Shown: one piece after another, positions 39,037-53,010 of the stretch
How the letters are laid out: every line of letters begins with the position of its first letter
Numbering within the stretch: position 1 is the first letter of the stretch
Assembly: GCA_964016885.1 (NCBI GenBank)
Contig: OZ024750.1
Coordinates: forward strand, 50,468,001 to 50,532,000
Origin: Eledone cirrhosa
Lineage: Eukaryota
Length of the DNA: 64,000 bases
Reading direction: 5' to 3'
The notes under the pieces: generated by a model
What the model was told of the DNA's origin: nothing
What the model saw: only the letters and a program-made list of their open reading frames with translations
The model's database searches: none
Translations under genes and position numbers: made by a program

Positions 39037-39229
39037 GGTGAGTGGATTGGCAGTATCGGTAGAGGGTCGGACGCCATGCTTTGACGCATAGATTCACGGC
39101 CCTTGCCATTCTGAGTTCAAATCCCGCCGAGGTTAACTTTCCCTTTCATCCTTACGGGGTCGACAAAATAAAGTACCAGTAATGCACTGGGTAATTGCTG
39201 GCCTTCTGCCAAAAGTAGAAAAAATTATT
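39037..39229 (+). mobile_element. SINE family A
   Basis: Near-consensus copy. Confidence 0.9.
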
Positions 39230-40133
39230 TTAACTTTGCCACGTTTAAGTTGGGTACATATCCATAACATATTCAGCATCTATCCAGAAATTATTGAACA
39301 TCTTTTGAGTGGCAGACAAGAAAATATGCAGTTGAGTTGATCGAACGAGTGATTGCTCATCATCGAAACCGATGGAGAATCCATCTCTATCGTAACATTA
39401 GAAAGATGAGTATCGTAACAAAGATATCAAGATATGCAGTAGATTAAGGTAATACTATTATAATGAATTAGATCAGTCATTCTTAATATATTTTTTATTC
39501 CCGAACCCCAGCAAGCAACTCAAACAGTTGATGTCCCGATCACTCAACGTTTGTTTAAATGAGGTGCAATAAGCTAGGAAAATGCGAAGAAATTTCCATT
39601 CAAACCCACAAGATTCTGATATTTGTTCTGAACACTCTCGTCTCCTAGCACCTACTATTTTGTTTACATTTGAATCTCTCACGAAGTATGCCCTGTTCAA
39701 ATATGTTATATTATTCAGCAGATGTCATAGGCGTATTTCTGAATATATACATATTTACTAAGCTTACAAAGTAGATTTTATATGTAAACTTTAATTTTCT
39801 GAATGTTATCTCATATATTTCAATTAGGTATGTTTTCATCTCAATATATTATCATCTCGAATAACGGCAGAATGCAAGTAGCGACGTGTTGTCCTAACAA
39901 AAGCTCTATTTTATGTTTCATTACATCCCACCTATGATCTCAATTCATATGCTTCTTTTCTTTGTTTTATTTTTGTGATATCTACTTTTTTTTTTTGTTG
40001 CATTTTTTCTTTTATCTTTCCGGAAAGTATAAACACCAGGTAAATACTGAGAAAACAATTAATCGATTACACTACTCTCACCGTCAAACATGTATTGATT
40101 AGAAATCAATATAGCAAATGAAGAACACAATGC

Positions 40134-40599
40134 TTTACGGTATTTGTTCTTGCTCATTGCGCACAGACTTCCTTTCCCACGAACTTACAGAAGTAGCTCA
40201 GTGCAGTCAATTCTGGGAATAGTTACAGCGTCAGACAAAATATCACCTGGCTCGTTGTGTTCACAGTTCGAATCCCACCGTGGCCTAGTTAAGGGTTAAA
40301 TCTAATTAGTCACTCGATTTAACACCACTAACTAGCTGCTGGGTGTTTATAATGAATTCCATTCTGTTGCAAGTATTGGGCGCAGATCAATAGTTTGAGA
40401 AAACCTTTATCTCTCCCTCCGATATGTCTCATAAACGCTGCAAACTAGGCCACGGTGGGATTCGAACTGTGAACACAACGAGCCAGGTGATATTTTGTCT
40501 GACGCTGTAACTATTCACAGAATTGACTGCACTGAGCTACTTCTGTAAGTTCGTGGGAAAGGAAGTCTGTGCGCAATGACCAAGAACAAATACCGTAAA
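40134..40599. repeat. ~155-bp inverted repeat with tRNA-like A/B boxes
   Basis: 40134-40290 against 40443-40599 with few mismatches; TAGCTCAGTG and GTTCGAATCCC occur in each arm. Confidence 0.85.
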
Positions 40600-41151
40600 T
40601 AGGTGCTAGAGACGATAGTGAGTTGCACCAAATGCTTTCCACTTTGAATATAGTTACATTTTTTATTTCAGGAAGGTTGTATGATAACTTTCACAGCATG
40701 GATGGAACATATATATATATATGTATCAACCACGAGAAGATTTCCGTTATCTCCACGCGTGAAAATCATTACTCTACGTGGATTCTTAAAAATAGGTTTT
40801 GCTTTCTCCATATCTCCAAAATTATGTCAAATATTATATGTAACGGCTTGAATGATAGTGAAAGCTCTCACTTTTCGTAAAGATGGCTGCATTTGTTTAT
40901 ATTATTTGTGTGTATGTGACTTGGAAACTCTGTTAAAATTCAATGTATCAGCCATTACGGTTCTCACTTACCAACTACCAGCCGCACCCCCGCTACATTC
41001 GGTATACATACTCGACGCTGTATGTTAACCACTACCTCGTGAATATATCATAGAACAGACAAGGGGAAAACGAAGACTCAGTAAGCCGCAATGTAAGCAA
41101 CTCGTCTAGGAGAGCTATCACTCCGAATAAATTTGTGCGGGGTAGAGAAGT

Positions 41152-41490
41152 ACCCTAAGTCCAATAAGACAACTTCCCTAGTGGTGGTGGCACCATAAAA
41201 ACACCCAGTCCATGGTGTAAAATGGAGGGTTGGATAGTGCCCCTGAGTCCAGTAAGACATCCTCTCTAGTGCTGGTGGCACGAATAAAAGCACCCAGTCC
41301 AAGCTGTAAAATGGAGGGTTAAAGAGGGCCCCTGAGTCCAGTAATACAGCCTCTCTAGTGCTGGTCGCACGAATAAAAGCACCCACTCCATGCTGTAAAA
41401 TGGAGGGGTAAAGAGGGCCCCTGAGTCCAGTAAGACAACCTCTCTAGTGCTGGTGGCACGAATAAAAGCACCCAGTCCATGATGTAAAGT
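41152..41490 (+). repeat. 89-bp tandem repeat (about 3.8 copies) at the 5' end of the RTE element
   Basis: CCCTGAGTCC at 41241, 41330 and 41419, with a variant at 41152. Confidence 0.9.
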
Positions 41491-42901
41491 GGTGCATGTG
41501 TTAGGAAGGGCATCCAACCAGAATAATAAATGCCAAAATTATTAGCACAACAAATAAGAATTGCAACAACTAAGTCAACAGCAATAACACTAACCATGTT
41601 AGGGCTGCGTACGGTAGTGGGGTGGCTAGTGAGGCCACGTGTGAGAACCCCCCGACCGTCATCAAGCAATCGCACAAACACAACTGCATAAACAGCAATA
41701 ATACTAACCATGTTAGGGCTGCACACGGTAGTGGGTGGCTAGTGAGGCCATGTGTGAAAACCCCACGACCGTCATCAGGCAATCGCATAACAGGAAAAAG
41801 AACGAGACGTCGCATCTGAGAATTGCCACACTTAATGTTGGCACTCTAACAAGTAGATCTGGTGAGATAGCGGAGATGCTGGAGAGAAGACACGTGGGTG
41901 TGTGCTGTGTGCAAGAGTTGAGATGGAGGGGTGCCTCTGCAATACCAATCGCAGGCAAACATCTTAGATTTTCTGTGTGAGTAATGATGATCGGTTAAGT
42001 GGGGTAGGCATATTACTGGCTGAGAGATGGATCAATAAAACAATGGAGGTAGGTAGAGTTAGTAATAGAATAATTAGTCTTAGATTAGTTGTAGGCAAGA
42101 GACTATTGACAATCAGCTCCCCAGGCAGGTCTAGGTAAAGTAGAGAAAGACTGCTTTTACGGGCAACTTTTACAAACAGCCTCAATGACAGTGGACAGAT
42201 AAATCGTTATGCTAGCGGGGGACTTCAATGGATACACTGGGGTACATGGTGGGCACGGTTACGGCTCAAGAAATGAGGAAGGTGTGAGGCTTCTTGAATC
42301 TTGTGATGCAAATGCACTAACCATTTGCAATCCTAACTTCCAGAAGCCTACCAACCACCTAATAACCTACAAATCAGGTGAGCATATAAGCCAGATTGAC
42401 TTCCTGTTAGTTAGACAGTGAGACAGACAAATGGTGTCAAATACTAAGGTATACCCCGGGGAAGAATGTACTCCACAGTATAAGTTAGTCGTAAGTGACA
42501 TCTCAGTAAGCAAGAGAAAGAATGAGACATACTGGAAGGTGTGGAAAAGAAAGGTCTGGAAGCTAAAAGATCTTTCATGAAAATATAAATTTAGCAAAGG
42601 CCTTCAAGATGTGTATGACGAAAAGGAAGACGATTTAGAATCTTATGACATAGATGATAACTGGAATTTCTTGCGTGACAGCTTATGCAGGCTACTGAAG
42701 AAACTTGTGGTTGGGGCAGAGCTTTAACCAGACAGAGAGTGGCCTAGTGGTGGAAGAGTACGATAGATAGGGCCATTAGACACAAAAGACTGGCATGGAA
42801 GGCTTGGAAAAACTGTGGGAGTAGAGAAGGATACACAGCCGCTAAGAGAGAAGCTAGACGTCTGATGTTCTTAGCACGCAGGGAGGCTGAGAGTAGGAGA
42901 T

Positions 42902-44227
42902 TTGCCAATGTTCTGCGATGGGAAGATCAGAGACGCGCGGTGTTCCGCATTGCAAGACAGTGTGTTAGTACAAATCAGGATGTTGTTGGAGATAAGTGTG
43001 TCCGAAATGATGCTGGTGTACTTAGTGTCACGAATGATAAAAAGAGAGGCCTGGAAATGTCATTATGAGAGACTAATGAATGTGGAGAACGAATGGGACA
43101 GAGAAAAATTACCCCCAGTAGACCCGACAGAGGGGCCAGCTATTGAGACTGACGAATATAGGATACATGTGGCAATTAAGGAAATAAAGAATGGTAAGGC
43201 TGCTGTACCGTCGGGCATAGTTGCTGCGATACTGAAGGCATCAGAAGAAGTAGGCACTAAACTAGTTTCACGCATCATCAATCAGGCTATATATGGCGGT
43301 GTCATACCCAAATACTGGTGCATCAGTATTCTCATAAATTGCTACAAAGGTAAAGGGGATGCTCTAGAGAGGGGCAATAATAGAGGCATAAAGCTGATGG
43401 ATCAGGTTATAAAAGTAGTAGCGAGAATATTAGCGCAGCTAATTAGAGAAAGGGTCAAATTAGATGAGATGCGGTTTGGTTTTGTGCCTCGGAAAAGTAC
43501 AACAGATGCCCTCTTCTTAGTGAGGCAACTACAAGAGAGGTTCTTAGAAAAGAATAAGCCACTGTACTTAGCTTTTGTTTGCCTAGAGAAGGCCTTTGAT
43601 AGGGTACACCGATCTGTCATTTGGTGGTCCCTAAGGAAATTAACTGTAGAGGAATGGCTTGTGAGGACAGTTCAAGCTATGTATAGGGGTGATGTCAGTA
43701 AAGTGAGAATAGGAATGGAGTCTAGTGAGGAATTCCAGATACAAGGAGGTGTACATCAGGGTTCGGTCCTCAGCCCTCTCATGCTCATTATAGTCCTCCA
43801 AGCTATAACAGAGGAGTTTAAGACTGGCTTCCCATGGGAACTTCTCCATGCTGATGATCTGGTTCTTATAGCAGAATCAGTAGAGGAGCTAGAGAATAAA
43901 TTCTGGCTTTGGAAACAACAGTTGGAATCAAGAGGCCTGAGAGTGGACCTAGCTAAAACAAAAGTGTTGATAAGTAGAAGAGAGGACAATACACTGATTC
44001 CGTCAGGGAAATGGTCATGTTCGATATGTAGGAAAGGAACTGGAATACATTCCATAAAATGTACGCAATGCAGATCTTGGGAACACAAGAGATGTAGTGG
44101 GATAGCAGGCAAACTTACAGGTAGGCAAAACAACGTATGCAGTAGATGTACAGGGAAAGTTGGCATTAGTAATCGCAGTGATAGACACATTTTTTCCAAT
44201 GCAGGTGGGTTCTATAGAAGGAGTTGA
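42902..44227 (+). pseudogene. Longest open RT segment of the RTE LINE (441 aa)
   Basis: All RT motifs are present with YADD changed to HADD; flanked by frameshifts. Confidence 0.85.
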
Positions 44228-44771
44228 TAGCTTCCGGTACCTAGGTGATCAGATTAGCATGGGAGGAGATGTTCCGAGGCCATAGTATCTAGAATAGAGG
44301 CGGGTTAGAAGAAGTTTAGGGAGCTTCTTCCTTTGTTGATTAAGAAGGGTTTCTCCCTGCGTACGAAAGGACGGTTATATAACGCCTGTGTGAGATGCGC
44401 GATGCTGTATGGTAGTGAGACATGGGAAGCAACTGCAGAAGATATGCAACGGTTGGAGAGAAATGAAGCAAGTATCCTCCGTTGGAAGTGCAATGTCAAT
44501 GTGCGTGAACGACCAAGCATAGACGAGTTGAGAAAGAAACTGGGTATAAGAGTGATAAGTTGTGGTGTGCCGGAAAGAAGACTTAGATGGTGTGGACATG
44601 TGAAGCGCATGGATGATGACCGCTGAGTAAAGAAGTGCCATGAAATCCCAGTAGAAGGTAGACGCAGTAGACGTAGGCCACGAAAAACATGGGCGCGGGT
44701 GTCGAGAGCAGACCTCAGATCGCTGAAACTCACTGAGGAGATGACGAAGGGACGTGACAAGTGGACGTAAA

Positions 44772-44807
<36 letters not shown>

Positions 44808-46315
44808 ATCTGTAGAAAGAAATGCGATATTTTGCTAAATACATCTTGGTTATATTTCCTGATACAGTTGGTGTTATTTCGGTAAAACTTGATATATATT
44901 GATATATCATAAAGCAGTATGGATATATTTAAATCGATGACAGATAGAATCTTTACGGGTTTCATCCATTTTAACTACAAAAGAAAAGTCGAGTTGAAAC
45001 GTCGGAAACGAGAAAATGTAAAATACAAAGATTCAGTTGGAATCCTTTAGATTCAAGAAATGAAAGATCAATTGAAAGCTACTACTCATTTTAGACATCT
45101 CTGTCAGGAAAATGAAAGTGGTAATAGTACAAGCTTACAAATCACGAAACATTTCCAAAGAAATAGCCTCAAAGTTTTAGAAGTTGGTTAGACTTATTTC
45201 TTCAGATTTCAGTAAAGATAAGTACATTATTCCGTAATATTGGAGAAAAAATATAGTAGAACTCATATCTTACCGAATAAATGTTAGGACGAAAGAAAAT
45301 AAAGATACATATGCTGCATTAGATTCATGATTTATTTCTTATATTCCTTTCATCTTATCATATCAATAATAATGTATATTTCCCGCTATGATCTTAATAC
45401 TAATGCCTGCGATAATCTTCTCCTAAACGTATTGTATACCACTTTATTCTCCAGTAAATTATCGTAGACTACCAAAAAAGAAAACTTACTTGTATTTGAA
45501 CATATTACGATCAATATAAAATGAAGTTGCTTCTTGCGTCTGTCTTCATATAAACCGTGGTATTCATATTTAACACAGCCATCATGAAAAACACGTCAAC
45601 GGTAATAGAAAACGATGGCAGTTTGTAAATAAAACTTATTGAACTATCTTTAAACGATAGTGTATATTATATAATTTAAGGCTGACTTAAATAATAATTT
45701 CATTTATGACAGTAGACTATGGCACTCAATTGTTAGGTGTACAATGAAAACTAGATGTCGCCTCATTAAATCACACGAATATTATGAATTATTAATTCAA
45801 GCGATAAGCGTTTTCTATCTAAATTTTGTAGATATAACTGTAATATGCTTAACGGTTTTCGATGCCATTGTCTTTTTCACAATGATTATCCATCAACGAA
45901 CACTATTGTGACGGTTGCACGTATCTATGCAGTAAAACATCAGTTATAGACAGAAGTTGTGTTGAAAGACCTGTTATAGAAACATCTTAATGACATTCTC
46001 TGCAAATAGAATAAATGCAATAATGTGTGTGAGTGTGTGTGTGTGTATGTGCGTGAGTGTGTGCGTACGTGTGTGTGTGTGTAGGTGTGGGGGGGGGGGT
46101 ATATGTGTGTGTGTGTGTGCGTGCGTGTGTGTGTGTGTGTGTAGGCAAACCTTTCTAGTGTTAAGCAAAATATATTATAAATATTTCCCACACAAAATAT
46201 TATAAAGAAGTTTGAAATTGCATTTAGACAATACAAATACAATTTTCTAATCTCTTCCTTCTTCTCCTGAAATAAATAAAGGCGGATATGAATATACACA
46301 AACATGTATATTTAT

Positions 46316-46349
<34 letters not shown>

Positions 46350-46978
46350 GCAAATATTTATATATATATACATACACACTTAAATATACATATATATATA
46401 TATATATATACATATATTACATATATACTTATATACATTTACATACATATAACGTATAGGTACATTACACACACAGACACACACAAACACACACACACAC
46501 ACGGACAAACACACACGTACACAAACACACACACGCAGACACATACACACATGCGCGCGCACACACCCACACACAAATATATATAGATTTATATATGAAA
46601 TATTTTCCATTGAATTAAATGTAAATCAGAAATAAAAGGACGATGCCAACGGTTGATAACATCTCAATGACAATATACTGTATATTGCCAAACATTATTA
46701 GCGTTCTTTCATAATATATTCTGTTTTTCAGCATTGGTAAGCCTCGTAAAGAATGGCTTGAGAAGGGGTTGTTAGTAGAAGTACCAGTCGTCTACTGGGG
46801 ATCTCTCTCGCATCCAACAGTAATTATGAGAAACCTAAGAGAATGTATGTGCCTCGATGCAAATATATGATCACGTAGAAGCGTAAAGCGGTTAATAAAG
46901 TCATGTTACATCCTACGGTGCCACCTTCGAATACCAGTGACGGACGTAGAATGAAACACACACACACACACACACACG

Positions 46979-47856
<878 letters not shown>

Positions 47857-47858
47857 GG

Positions 47859-48032
47859 GAAAACTTCAGGATCCCGACGGCTGAGCTCATGCAGTTTCAA
47901 CAGCGGATCCAGCTGTTGAAACGGCAGGAATTCAGCCGTCGGGGTCCCGAATTTTTCATATTACCTATTCTATTACCCCAAGTATCGAGTACTCTGGTGA
48001 CTAATGGTATAATCGGTTTTTACCGCTTCCAT

Positions 48033-48040
<8 letters not shown>
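47859..48040 (+). mobile_element. Fold-back PLE-type terminus; hairpin centred on predicted HHR stem II
   Basis: Arms 47859-47904 and 47912-47957; GAAAC GGC aggaattca GCC GTC GGGG at 47918-47944. Confidence 0.7.
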
Positions 48041-48096
<56 letters not shown>

Positions 48097-48098
<2 letters not shown>

Positions 48099-48295
48099 CG
48101 AAGGAAATGTGGTAAGGAACCAGGTGGACCATAACGCACCAAAGTACTCAATACTTGAGGTAGTAGAGTGGGTAATAGGAACCAGTAAGACCCCGACAGT
48201 TGAGCTCAAGCCGTTTCGACGGCTAATTCTGGACATTAGAGTCCAGAATTAGCCGTCGAAACGGCTTGAGCTCAACTGTCGGGGTCTTACTGGTT

Positions 48296-48300
<5 letters not shown>
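48097..48300 (-). mobile_element. Related terminus with a perfect 60-bp palindrome
   Basis: 48175-48234 is the exact reverse complement of 48241-48300, with a 6-nt loop. 48097-48180 is a diverged reverse complement of 47955-48035. Confidence 0.8.
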
Positions 48301-48392
<92 letters not shown>

Positions 48393-48489
48393 TTATATAT
48401 ATAGTAAGTTATTCCGGGTTGAATCGGAGGTAAACACAGTAAGTAAGGTACTTAATACATATCAGAGTATAACAGTTTTAATATAGATG

Positions 48490-48540
48490 AGATTCTACAG
48501 GACTAGAACTGTTTAATTCTTGAGAAATCATCAGGAATTA
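48490..48540 (-). ncRNA. Antisense hammerhead copy (GAAA changed to TAAA) in a fold-back at 48479-48602
   Basis: Reverse complement of 48540-48590 with few changes. Confidence 0.6.
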
Positions 48541-48590
48541 GATTCCTGATGATTTTTCAAGAATGAAACAGTTCTAGTCCTGTAGAATCT
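48540..48590 (+). ncRNA. Type I hammerhead ribozyme
   Basis: AGATTC-CTGATGA-T-TTT tcaa GAA-T-GAAA CAG ttctagtc CTG TA-GAATCT. Stem I is 6 bp and the triplet is GUA. Confidence 0.82.
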
Positions 48591-48592
48591 CA

Positions 48593-48623
<31 letters not shown>

Positions 48624-49255
48624 CGTATATATTTATATATATACGTATATGAAACACAAATTTAAATTTTGAAAACCAAACAATGCGTTAGAAAGATCAT
48701 TAAATCGCCAAGATAACAAAATAATCTTACCTTAGCAAATTTGACGATCCCAAATATTTTCGGGTTTAAAATCGATCGGTTTGACTTGCTTGTTTGAGGA
48801 GAAGACTTAAGTTAAAATTTGGAATGTGCGCGTTGTGACATGTATGATATATGCATGGTGTGTGCGTGACTGTAAGTATGCTTAGTGGGATGTTTGTATG
48901 TGTTTATGTAGTTTATGTAAGTTTATGTAGTGAAAGGTGTGTGTGAATATGTATATAATAAAACAGGGAAAAATATATGTGCGTTATTTGAATGTGTGTG
49001 TAATTTTGTCATTGACTAAATGTATTTGACAAGTAAACGTTGTCTGAAATACTTCAATTTCTTCTGTGACACCGAGTATGTTTGGAGACCGATGCTTTCA
49101 ACATCAATCTAAGCTGCTCAGAACTACGATCTGTCATGGATTCAGCATAACTACTGTTGCTCTTATTATGCAGTGTCTTACAATCCTATGAGATGTCTGC
49201 ATTTAGAGGTAAGTTTCTCATAAAATTTGCATCGTTTGACATTATCAATCTCAAG

Positions 49256-49447
49256 GCAGTGAATTGGCAGTATCGGTAGAGGGTTGGACGCATGCTTTCC
49301 AGTATAGAGTTACGGCCCTTGCCATTCTGAGTTCAAATCCCGCAGAGCTTAACTTTCTCTTTCATCTTTACGGGGTCGATAAAATAATGTACCAGTAATG
49401 CACTGGGTTTTTGCTGGCCTTGTGCCAAGAGTAGAAACAATTATTAT
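49256..49447 (+). mobile_element. SINE family A
   Basis: Matches the family consensus. Confidence 0.9.
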
Positions 49448-51319
49448 TCTCAAGTACATGTAATGAAGCCTTGAATAACTGTGCTATCTCGTATTGTGTA
49501 TAGCCCCTCGATTATGAGGAACCTGAAATTATGACAGGTTGTATAACAAAGTATTTTTATCTGGCTATCAATAAATGAGATCTAGCTTCTTCGGGAGTGC
49601 GACGGCATCTTTTGATGTTTAGATCGATATGTTTGTTTCAGCGGTGTAATTCGTTAGGTTGGATGTGTGTACACTTGAGAGGGTCATCATAAATAATAAT
49701 TGGAGAGACTAAAGAGAATGTCAGTTTCATTCTCAGAAAAGTTGTTTGTTGTAGATGTGTTTTGTAGTCATTCACATCTTTCGTTTCCTTTCTTTCCGTT
49801 ATCTGTGTGTGTGGGGGTGTGTGGGTGTGTATTTGTCTGTATGTGCGTGTGTCTTTGTGTGCAAGCACGTATGTATATGTGTGTGGGGGGAGTGTGTTTG
49901 CACGTTTGTGTGTGTACATGTGAGTGTGAGTGGGTATGTTCTTGATTTATTTAGGAGTATTCAACAACAAATATATGCAGTTGTGTGTGCAGAAATGTGT
50001 ATTTCGATATTGAAAACAATTGTACTTACAATATATATATGTATACATATAGTTAGATAGAGAAGCAAAAAATTGCTTATTGTGATCCAGTTCTTGGTTA
50101 AGAAAGCCAGATTCATGGAAGGTTTCAACGTACGGTTAGGGGTAACTCCAAAAGTTTGTAAGAATTCCGTTCAATCTTGGAGTATAAAGTATAAAAGAGA
50201 AAACACAGGTAAGCATTAAGAGAAGGATTTTATACAGGTATTTACGACCGTTTCATTGGTAAGTGCAACCTTATATTGCTATACTGCAAATAGCAGCCAC
50301 TCAATTATAATTGTTGTTCACAGTCCAAATTTTTAAAATAGTGAGTGTATATATATATATATATATATATATTGTTATACTTTGGGAGGGTCATGTTGCC
50401 AATAAGAAACACACGCACCAGTTGCTTTCACTTCAATTTAATTTATTATATATTTATAAATTTACAAATTTATAAATTTCTGGTTGGTTGGTTGGTTCCA
50501 CAACCAGATAGTTGTTTATATATATATAGTCATAGTTCTTTCGTCACACACTCTGTGACCTCTTAAGTGACTGGGGATTTCTTTCTTCGTTTCTGTGCCT
50601 TTCCTTTCTTCTATCCTACGCCAAAAAATGGCACGGACACTCTATCTCAAAATTATTTTTGAAAAGCATTTAGAAATGCGCAACCGGTAAAAACTTAAAA
50701 ACTTTAAACCACAACTGAATACTAACCCATACAATCACTAATACTCTTTTATTCCTAATTAAACCATTTTTCAACTGTGAACAATTTGTCAGCATTTTCT
50801 ATTCCGTTTACCAATATATATATATATATATAATTCGAATTCTTTTAAAATATATGTGTGTATTTATACATCGTTAGAGAATCATATAGAATTCTGTGCA
50901 TGTATGAAAGCAAAAAAAACATATAATATTTTGGATACACCATATGTTTTACGGTGGGAAGATTGAAATTCCGTTTCATAGCTCATAGAACCAGGTTGAA
51001 AATGGATCTAAGTAATCCATTATCGATTGCTAAATGTGGACTTTGGTACATAAGCGGGAGACGTGGAAATATGCGTGAGAGGAAATTGTCTCGTCGTAAT
51101 ATCCAATAAAATAAAAATACTCTTGTATCCGTCAAGTTCAGAGAAAAAAGACAATTCAGACCACATGGGGTAAACACATATCTAACAGTAATGGCAGATA
51201 TAAATAGGACTGGATGTCGCGTCCGCTGGAAATAGGTGCGATGTAACAGTCATAACACAAACAGCTCAACGAATTAAGAATTTGGATCAGATATACATTA
51301 ATTTAAAGTATCATAACAT

Positions 51320-51620
51320 TTATCATCATCATCATCCGGCGGACTCAGGTGAAATCGGCTAAACAATTGATTTCCACGAGGGTATGTCGTTCACTGCCGT
51401 TGACAAGTCCTGGATTTCAATTACAAAATCTCTGGAGATGACATAGGGATAGGAGAGCCTGCCCCCCACCCCTGTTTTTAGTGACTGCTTGTGGTTTCCA
51501 AAGCACTAATGGGGACACAGCCTCATAAGTGGCACGATGGCAGAGACCCGCAAATCTTACTCTCCTTTTATGTACAACGACAGATATGCGTGGGAGGCCG
51601 GCATATATCTCTTTCAAATT
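51320..51620 (-). mobile_element. RTE 3' end fragment
   Basis: KRRVRFAGLCHR...VLWKP, with a (GAT)n tail on the minus strand at about 51322-51336. Confidence 0.75.
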
Positions 51621-51624
51621 CAGA

Positions 51625-53010
51625 TGTTGCCATCATATGATCTGAATGCGTCGAAGCAGGCGAGTGCAGGTGACATCAAGGGTTTTTTGTTGTTTGGATG
51701 AAAGCGTCCATGTTTCACTTCTATATAGCCGCCTCTCTTTCGTTTTTGAAAGACGTTGGCGGTTTGATCCTTACTATGGACTCGGCAGTCAAATGGATTT
51801 ATCCCATACGCGACAGCCATCAGTTGTTCTGCGTAGTTCCACAGGACAGTTACGCCCGAGCAGTGTAAATTTGCGTACAAGACGGTTTAAATGTCCCGCT
51901 CGCATCTTGGACACGTCCTTTTTGACGGACCCCTGCCTGTAGATCATGTCTCGAACAGGTAGAGCTCCTCGGTAGCACGGCCAGGCCAGGGACCTCTGGA
52001 AGTTGTCCATATGTCCCGGGCGGAGAGTCCTACCAAACAGACTGGTGAGCTCGTCGTCTTCGACGCCCAGAGTCTCTCCGGGCACGTCGAGACCTTCTGA
52101 CTTACTGACCCTCTATAGAAATTCGAAGTGGAGTCTCCACTGATTGAGGTGCCCGTCTGACAGAGGACTGTGCGCGCCTGGGCGCATTCAATGTGCCAGG
52201 CGCCCATCTTCTTCAGTCTCCGCTTGACCCAGGACTGCAGCTCCGTCAGCGAGACAAGACTTGTCTCACAAACGGTGCCCACATCGGTTGGTCGGTGAAG
52301 AATACCTGGAGATGCCATAGCCTCAGCGCATGTTTGCGCATCATTAGACACGGCATTCCCAGCCCTCGGTTGGAAGGGTGCTGAGAGCAGACGGATCTCC
52401 TCACCAGTGGAGCCTTCTTCTTCCAAAGGAACTGGAAGAGCATGCGTTCCATCTTGGTGAGGTGTTCACGGGGACAATGGACGACGGTCAAGCGGTAGTA
52501 GATGACGGACGCTATGAAAGTTTTCGCCACCTCCGCTCGACCTTTCAAGGATAGTTTGCACACTGCCCACTTCTGGGTGAGCGCAAATACTTTGGCCATG
52601 ACCTCGTTCCAGTTTTTCTCCACCTGGAGGTCCGGACCGAACCAGACCTCCAGCAATTTCACCGGTCCTTCCGTCCAGGGTCCGACGACGCTGTCGGACG
52701 TCATCCGTTTGCCTCTCCCCGTTCCGAGTTGCAAACCGACAGACTTGTCCAGGTTAAGTTTTTCCCCCTGTGAGCCTTTCTTATTCCTGCAGTAAGTTGC
52801 CGATCGCCCTGATTTCCGAGGTTTTCGATACCAATACTGTCACGTGGTCGGCATAACCCGACGCCGCTTTCCGCAGTCCCGGTTCCAACGGGATGCACTG
52901 CAGGGGCTCCGACCTCAGCAGTGGTGGCTCTAGAGTCAGTACGTACAAAAGGATTGTAAACGGCTTGAATGGGTAGCCGTTCACCTTGACCGTCGAGCAG
53001 ATGTTGGTGT
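51625..53010 (-). mobile_element. Tx1/L1-clade LINE fragment (RT C-terminus to zinc finger)
   Basis: SGYADHVT, KLLEVWFG, LSLKGRAEV, FQFLWK, GLGMP and MDNFQRSLAW..YRGALPV. Same family as 1-820. Confidence 0.88.

Larger units (their letters stand above)
41152..44806 (+). mobile_element. Near full-length decayed RTE-clade LINE (AP endonuclease, RT, PHD-like finger) with (GAT)n tail
   Basis: LRIATLNVGTL, CCVQELRW, AGDFNG and QIDFLL (AP endonuclease); FGFVP..STTDA, LEKAFDRV, GVHQGSVLSP and HADDL (RT); RRLRWCGHV; (ATG)n at 44772-44805. Multiple stops and frameshifts. Confidence 0.95.
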
